A DNA stretch of 64,000 bases from Acidobacteriota bacterium (GTDB lineage: Bacteria > Acidobacteriota > UBA6911 > JACQSX01), in NCBI GenBank assembly GCA_036507075.1, contig DASXQR010000163.1, positions 17,699 to 81,698 of the forward strand, in the 5' to 3' direction. Positions 59,506 to 64,000 of the stretch are shown in pieces; the stretch's first letter is position 1; every line of letters starts with the position of its first letter. Position numbers and translations under genes: made by a program. The notes below the pieces were generated by a model that did no database searches, had not been told where the DNA came from, and saw nothing but the letters and a program-made list of their open reading frames with translations.

Positions 59506-59903
59506 GAGATCGACAGCGCGCTCTGGCCGTCTTGCTGGCGGTATTCCTACTGGGGGGGATTGCTGGAGCCGGCAGTTTCTATTTATGGCTTGGCCCCAAG
59601 GTTCGGGCCAACCCGGACCAGACTTCCCGCTCAGAACGACGGCATCCCAAACTCTCCGAGGAACTGGGACTTTCCAAAGAGCAGGATGTACGGTTTAAGG
59701 AAATCATGACGCAATCCCGCCAGCAGTACGAACTGATCCGCAAGGAGGTCTCTCCCAGATTTCAGGCGGTGAAGGCGGAGACAGACAAAAAGATCCGTTC
59801 GATTCTCAACGATGAGCAGAAGGTCAAATTCGAAGCCTTCCTCAAGCGTATGGATAAGGAAATGGAATCACGCCGAAAGCGAATGAGCGAGCAAAGGTGG
59901 TAA
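59502..59903 (+). CDS. Spy/CpxP-like periplasmic protein
   Basis: Signal anchor; LSKEQ and LNDEQ LTxxQ-like motifs. Confidence 0.75.
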   Translation: MRDRQRALAVLLAVFLLGGIAGAGSFYLWLGPKVRANPDQTSRSERRHPKLSEELGLSKEQDVRFKEIMTQSRQQYELIRKEVSPRFQAVKAETDKKIRSILNDEQKVKFEAFLKRMDKEMESRRKRMSEQRW

Positions 59904-60064
59904 CCGGCGCCGCATTCACCGCGAAGGCGCGAAAGCGCGAAACCAGAAATTGCCCTGATTCTTCCTGCTGACGACTGCAAGCCAAAAGTTTCTCTCTATC
60001 CTCTGTGTAACGCGTTGGCAGCTTCTTGCTTTTTTAACAAAAATTTGTCTGGCACCTACATTCC

Positions 60065-60158
60065 TTCACCGCAGAGGCGCAGAGAACGCAGAGAATGCGC
60101 AGAGTTTCTTTTGTATGTCTCTGCGCAACCTCTGCGTTCTCTGCGCCTCTGCGGTGAA
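60065..60158. repeat. TTCACCGCAGAGGCGCAGAG palindromic element
   Basis: Near-perfect inverted arms; a related half copy lies at 59914-59942. Confidence 0.9.
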
Positions 60159-60284
60159 GGAATAGTGACTTTCCACGATGGCAGCCAAACCAGCTCACTA
60201 GCTGATTTTCAAACCTGTTTGACTCCAATCGAAGAAATTGAGAGAGTCGCACAACCTGGGTGCGATTTCGATGGGTTTTTCTGC

Positions 60285-62498
60285 TTGAGAGACAAAAAGA
60301 TAAGAATTGCCGGCATCGCGGTGGTTGTACTTTCCATCTGTTTTTGTTTTGCCGACAACCACTCAACCCGGGAAGTTCGGGCGGTCAAAGTCGACCAGGC
60401 GCCTCAAATCGACGGCAGCGTAGATGAACCGGTATGGCAGTCGGCCAAGCCGGCCACCGATTTTGTGCAGCAGGATCCCGAATTTGGCGCCCCCTCAACG
60501 GAACCGACCGAAGTCAGAATCCTTTTCGACAGCAAGAATCTTTATTTTGGCATCATTTGCCATGACAGGGAACCGGACAAGATTCGGGTAACGCAGAGCC
60601 GGCGCGACGGGAATTTGCAGGACGATGACTCGATCCAGATCGTCCTGGACACCTTCAAGGACAACCAGAATGGGTTCGTATTCGGCACTAATCCGACCGG
60701 AGTCGAGTACGACGGTCAGGTTTCCAAGGAAGGGCGCAGCGGCGGCTTTAGCAGCGCAGCCACCAGCACCGGTGGCGGTCCCGGCACGCAGCGCGGGGCC
60801 ATCGGCGGCTTCAACCAGAACTGGGACGGAACCTGGAAAGTGCAGGCGCGCGTCACGTCGCGGGGATGGGAAGCGGAGATGGCCATCCCGTTTACGACGC
60901 TGCGCTTTGCTCCCGACAAGGAAGTGTGGGGCCTGAATATCCTGCGCATTATACGCAGAAAGAACGAGCTTTCCTTCTGGTCGCCGATTCCCAGATCTCT
61001 CAATCTGCACAAAGTTTCGATGGCCGGCAATCTGACCGGAATCACGCCGGGCAGCAGCCATAACCTTCAGTTGATTCCCTATGTGCTGGTTGGAAGACAC
61101 AGGAATTACACCGCCAACAAAGACAACGATACCGCTGAAGCGGGAATCGATTCCAAGTACAGCGTTACGTCCAGTCTTGCACTGGACCTGACATACAACA
61201 CCGATTTTGCGCAGGTCGAAGTGGACGACCAGCAGGTGAATCTGACGCGTTTCGATCTTTTCTTTCCGGAGAAGCGACCGTTTTTTTTGGAAAACGCGGG
61301 GTTCTTCCAGTTCGGCACGCCCCAGGAAACGGAAATCTTCTTCAGCCGGCGGATCGGCATCGATCCGGACGGAATTCCTATTCCGATTGTGGGAGGAGCG
61401 CGGCTTACAGGTAAGACGGGACGCTATAGCCTCGGTCTGCTCGACATGCAGACAGAGTCGGTGAATCAGATCGCCCCGGCGAACAACTTTTTCGTGGCGC
61501 GCGTCAACCGCGAGCTCCAGAAGCGCTCTTCGGTGGGGATGATTTTCCTGAACCGCGAAGCCACCTCTGGCGGCGGGAATGACTACAATCGCACCTTCGG
61601 AGTGGACGGCACGTTTGGACTGACGCAGGACCTCACCTTCTACAGTTATCTGGCAAAAACGTCGACGCCGGGATTGCGTGGGAGCGATTACGCCGGCCGT
61701 GCCTATCTGGACTACAACACCGACCGCTGGGTGGCCCATGGCGGGTACGCCGAGGTTCAGCCGAATTTCAATCCGGAAGTCGGGTTTCTGCGGCGCCGCG
61801 GATATCGAAAACCCGAATTTCAGTTGCATTTCAATCCCAGGCCGGACAGCCGGATCATCCGAAAGCACGATCCTCACTTCTCCATTACCCGCTTTTATGG
61901 CACCGACGGCACCCTGGAAAGCGAGTTCATTCACAACGACTACACTGTTGATTTTCAGAACGGCGGAAACGCCAGCATCGCGTTTAACCATGTGTTTGAA
62001 TTTCTCAGGGCTCCTTTTGAAGTGGTGCCGGGCCTCTTCATTCCGCCGGGCGGGTTTGGATGGAACGAATTGAGGCTGCGCTTTACCACCAACCAGAGCG
62101 CGCCGTTTTTTGGCAGCATCACTCACGTCCGGAGCGGTTTTTACCGGGGGCGCCTCAGCGACACAACCATTACCAGTGGATTTCGGAGAGGGGAGCGCTT
62201 CTTGCTGGACCTTCGTTACAATCTTTATGACGGTTCCATCAAATGGGGAGATTTCCGGCTTCACCTGGTCCGTCTCCGGTCCAACTATTCGTTTTCCCCG
62301 AGCAAATTCATCCAGGCTCTGGTGCAGTACAACAGCCGCTTCAATTTGATATCGTCGAATATCCGTTTCGGAATGATCCGAAAATCCGGCACCGGTCTGT
62401 TCCTGGTCTACAACGAGCAGTACGAAACTCTGCGCGGAAAATTCCCGGTCCTGGATCGCTCGATCGCAATCAAGTACAGCCACATGTTCAGCCGTTAA
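60285..62498 (+). CDS. CBM9-like/DUF5916 outer-membrane beta-barrel protein
   Basis: PQIDGSVDEPVW, WEAEMAIPF, NTDFAQVEVD, FFPEKRPFFLE; probable TTG start before the signal peptide. Confidence 0.85.
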   Translation: MRDKKIRIAGIAVVVLSICFCFADNHSTREVRAVKVDQAPQIDGSVDEPVWQSAKPATDFVQQDPEFGAPSTEPTEVRILFDSKNLYFGIICHDREPDKIRVTQSRRDGNLQDDDSIQIVLDTFKDNQNGFVFGTNPTGVEYDGQVSKEGRSGGFSSAATSTGGGPGTQRGAIGGFNQNWDGTWKVQARVTSRGWEAEMAIPFTTLRFAPDKEVWGLNILRIIRRKNELSFWSPIPRSLNLHKVSMAGNLTGITPGSSHNLQLIPYVLVGRHRNYTANKDNDTAEAGIDSKYSVTSSLALDLTYNTDFAQVEVDDQQVNLTRFDLFFPEKRPFFLENAGFFQFGTPQETEIFFSRRIGIDPDGIPIPIVGGARLTGKTGRYSLGLLDMQTESVNQIAPANNFFVARVNRELQKRSSVGMIFLNREATSGGGNDYNRTFGVDGTFGLTQDLTFYSYLAKTSTPGLRGSDYAGRAYLDYNTDRWVAHGGYAEVQPNFNPEVGFLRRRGYRKPEFQLHFNPRPDSRIIRKHDPHFSITRFYGTDGTLESEFIHNDYTVDFQNGGNASIAFNHVFEFLRAPFEVVPGLFIPPGGFGWNELRLRFTTNQSAPFFGSITHVRSGFYRGRLSDTTITSGFRRGERFLLDLRYNLYDGSIKWGDFRLHLVRLRSNYSFSPSKFIQALVQYNSRFNLISSNIRFGMIRKSGTGLFLVYNEQYETLRGKFPVLDRSIAIKYSHMFSR

Positions 62499-62502
62499 GT
62501 AC

Positions 62503-62680
62503 GGTTGCGGGTTTTCGGGTTGCGAGTTTACTGGTTGTGGGTTTACGGGTATGAGTTGCGGGTTTACGGGTTGCGAGTTGCGGGTTTTATCGGTTGCGAG
62601 TTCCGGGTTTATTCGACGAAAACTGGTATGAGAGTTCGCCCGCTTTCCACGTCGATCCTCCGACTCGCAAGCCGACTTTT
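62503..62680. repeat. (GGTTGCG)n degenerate tandem array
   Basis: Same family as the arrays at 44368 and 49050. Confidence 0.8.
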
Positions 62681-62722
62681 GGTAGGATAGAGAAGTCGCC
62701 GTGACTCACCACGTCAACGCAC

Positions 62723-62799
<77 letters not shown>

Positions 62800-62902
62800 A
62801 CATTCATCGCATTTGCAGCAATTTACAACCACAGGCAAAAACACCCGGAAACAGTCTCTGCTTCCGGGTGCGCCCAGGGTGCGGATTCCTAGAAAAAAAA
62901 TT

Positions 62903-63597
62903 TCAGCCCGCTTTCACATCGTCTCCTGCCTTTGGTTCGGCGACCGGCGGTGTAGCCTCAGTGGGAAGGCGATTAACTGCCTGGCGGTTTGCACCAGGCA
63001 CCAGGTGGCCGTACACGTCCACGGTCATCTTGATGCTGGCGTGGCCGAGCTGGTCTTTGATGTAGGCGAGCGGCTCGCCGGCCTGGATGAGCAGCGACGC
63101 GAACGTGTGGCGCAGATCATGAAACCGGATACGCCGCAGCTCGGCCTTCTCCAGGCACTTATGAAAATGACGCCGCTTCACGTTCTGCATGTCGGGCGAC
63201 TTGCCATCATTGTTGCAGAATACCCACTCCGGAATTTTGGACCCTTCCTTCAACCAGTCCGCGCGAAGCACGCGCCTGCGCTCCTGCAATGCTGAGAGCA
63301 GCGCATCGGACAAATCAATGCGGCGGTTCTTGTCAGTCTTCGTCCGGCTTACTCGACCGTGGTTCACATGGCGACGTACGGTGAGAAACTTCCCATGAAA
63401 ATCGATGTCGCCCCACTGCAGCCCGGCCAGCTCGCCCGATCGCATCCCGGTGTGAATCGCACAGAGAAACAGCGCGTAATACTCTGGGGAATGTTTGCGC
63501 ACAGCCTGAAGAAATATGGGGACTTCGGCTGTTGTCAGAGGCTCAATCTCCTCGTGCAGGAAGGGCGCCTGCTTAAAATATTTGCCAAGATTTCGGA
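62903..63597 (-). pseudogene. Tyrosine integrase, catalytic domain only (N-terminally truncated)
   Basis: TGMRSGEL, K, HDLRH, LGH, Y intact; integrase-like sequence stops upstream of RNLGKY. Confidence 0.8.
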
Positions 63598-63804
63598 CAA
63601 TCCCGCCGCGAGCGCAAAGGAAAGATCGCTTAGCTTTCCGTATTGCAGTGGGTAAAGAATTAGCGGCGTCTCGATGTTGCCCCAGGCGGTGTTCTTCCAC
63701 CCTTGCGCTTTTTGCTTCGGGGCAGACTCCGCCGTGGTTTTCAATCGTTCGGAATAGGAGTCATCTGCGGATTTCCTTTGTTTAGATTTTTCGGTGTGAG
63801 CCAT
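63535..63804 (-). CDS. Element-borne hypothetical ORF, probably truncated at the integrase junction
   Basis: RBS GGAG before ATG 63804; overlaps the integrase out of frame. Confidence 0.45.
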   Translation of the reverse strand: MAHTEKSKQRKSADDSYSERLKTTAESAPKQKAQGWKNTAWGNIETPLILYPLQYGKLSDLSFALAAGLSEILANILSRRPSCTRRLSL

Positions 63805-63881
63805 TTTCGTTCTCCAAAAGTGAATTAGGTGCAGCGTGAGAAATGCTTCCATGAAATAGAAGGCCCCCGCTGGAGTTCTTC

Positions 63882-64000
63882 TCAGTCAACCATGTCGTCG
63901 CACATCCGGTAGAAGCTATCCACGACCGGCCGGAGCAGGTAATACAGGTAATCGTAGTCCGCCGTTTGCGCGGTGATGTCCAGGAAAGATTCCAGCGCGA
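63882..64000 (-). CDS. 3' end of a hypothetical gene entering from beyond the window
   Basis: Open frame ...ALESFLDITAQTADYDYLYYLLRPVVDSFYRMCDDMVD*. Confidence 0.45.
   Translation of the reverse strand, partial: ALESFLDITAQTADYDYLYYLLRPVVDSFYRMCDDMVD

Noticed and set aside
60495..62483. 662-aa minus-strand ORF
   Set aside because: Antisense shadow of the DUF5916 gene; no recognisable motifs; common in GC-rich DNA

Overview
GC-rich bacterial chromosomal window. Gene content (DUF1501/DUF1553 pair, CadC-TPR regulator, Hanks kinase, M1 peptidase, Tat-exported Gfo/Idh/MocA) suggests Acidobacteriota or a similar soil lineage; this is inference. Main blocks: (1) signalling and housekeeping genes, 0-14.6 kb; (2) a NoeA-like kinase-methyltransferase, a sulfatase-superfamily membrane protein and a small YLDPxxGS membrane peptide; (3) an 18.4-25 kb accessory block with a REP-associated HUH tyrosine transposase (RAYT), GGGGACAGTCCCC REP clusters, secreted cargo genes, and a nested 1.9-kb islet bounded by an exact 23-bp direct repeat that carries higBA and two fused gene fragments; (4) exported proteins, including a 1268-aa LamG/Ig protein; (5) a purine-to-glyoxylate catabolic cluster with a plant-type ureide branch; (6) a sulfite/nitrite reductase, an ECF sigma operon, tRNA-Arg(TCT) and a truncated integrase at the edge of an integrated element. 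The most striking unexplained structure is that most intergenic spacers hold palindromic cassettes from several repeat families. These are often nested, two carry remnants of a four-helix-bundle-like gene, and several supply start codons, stop codons or termini to neighbouring genes. No CRISPR array, rRNA or reverse transcriptase was seen. All product calls come from motif recognition, not database searches.
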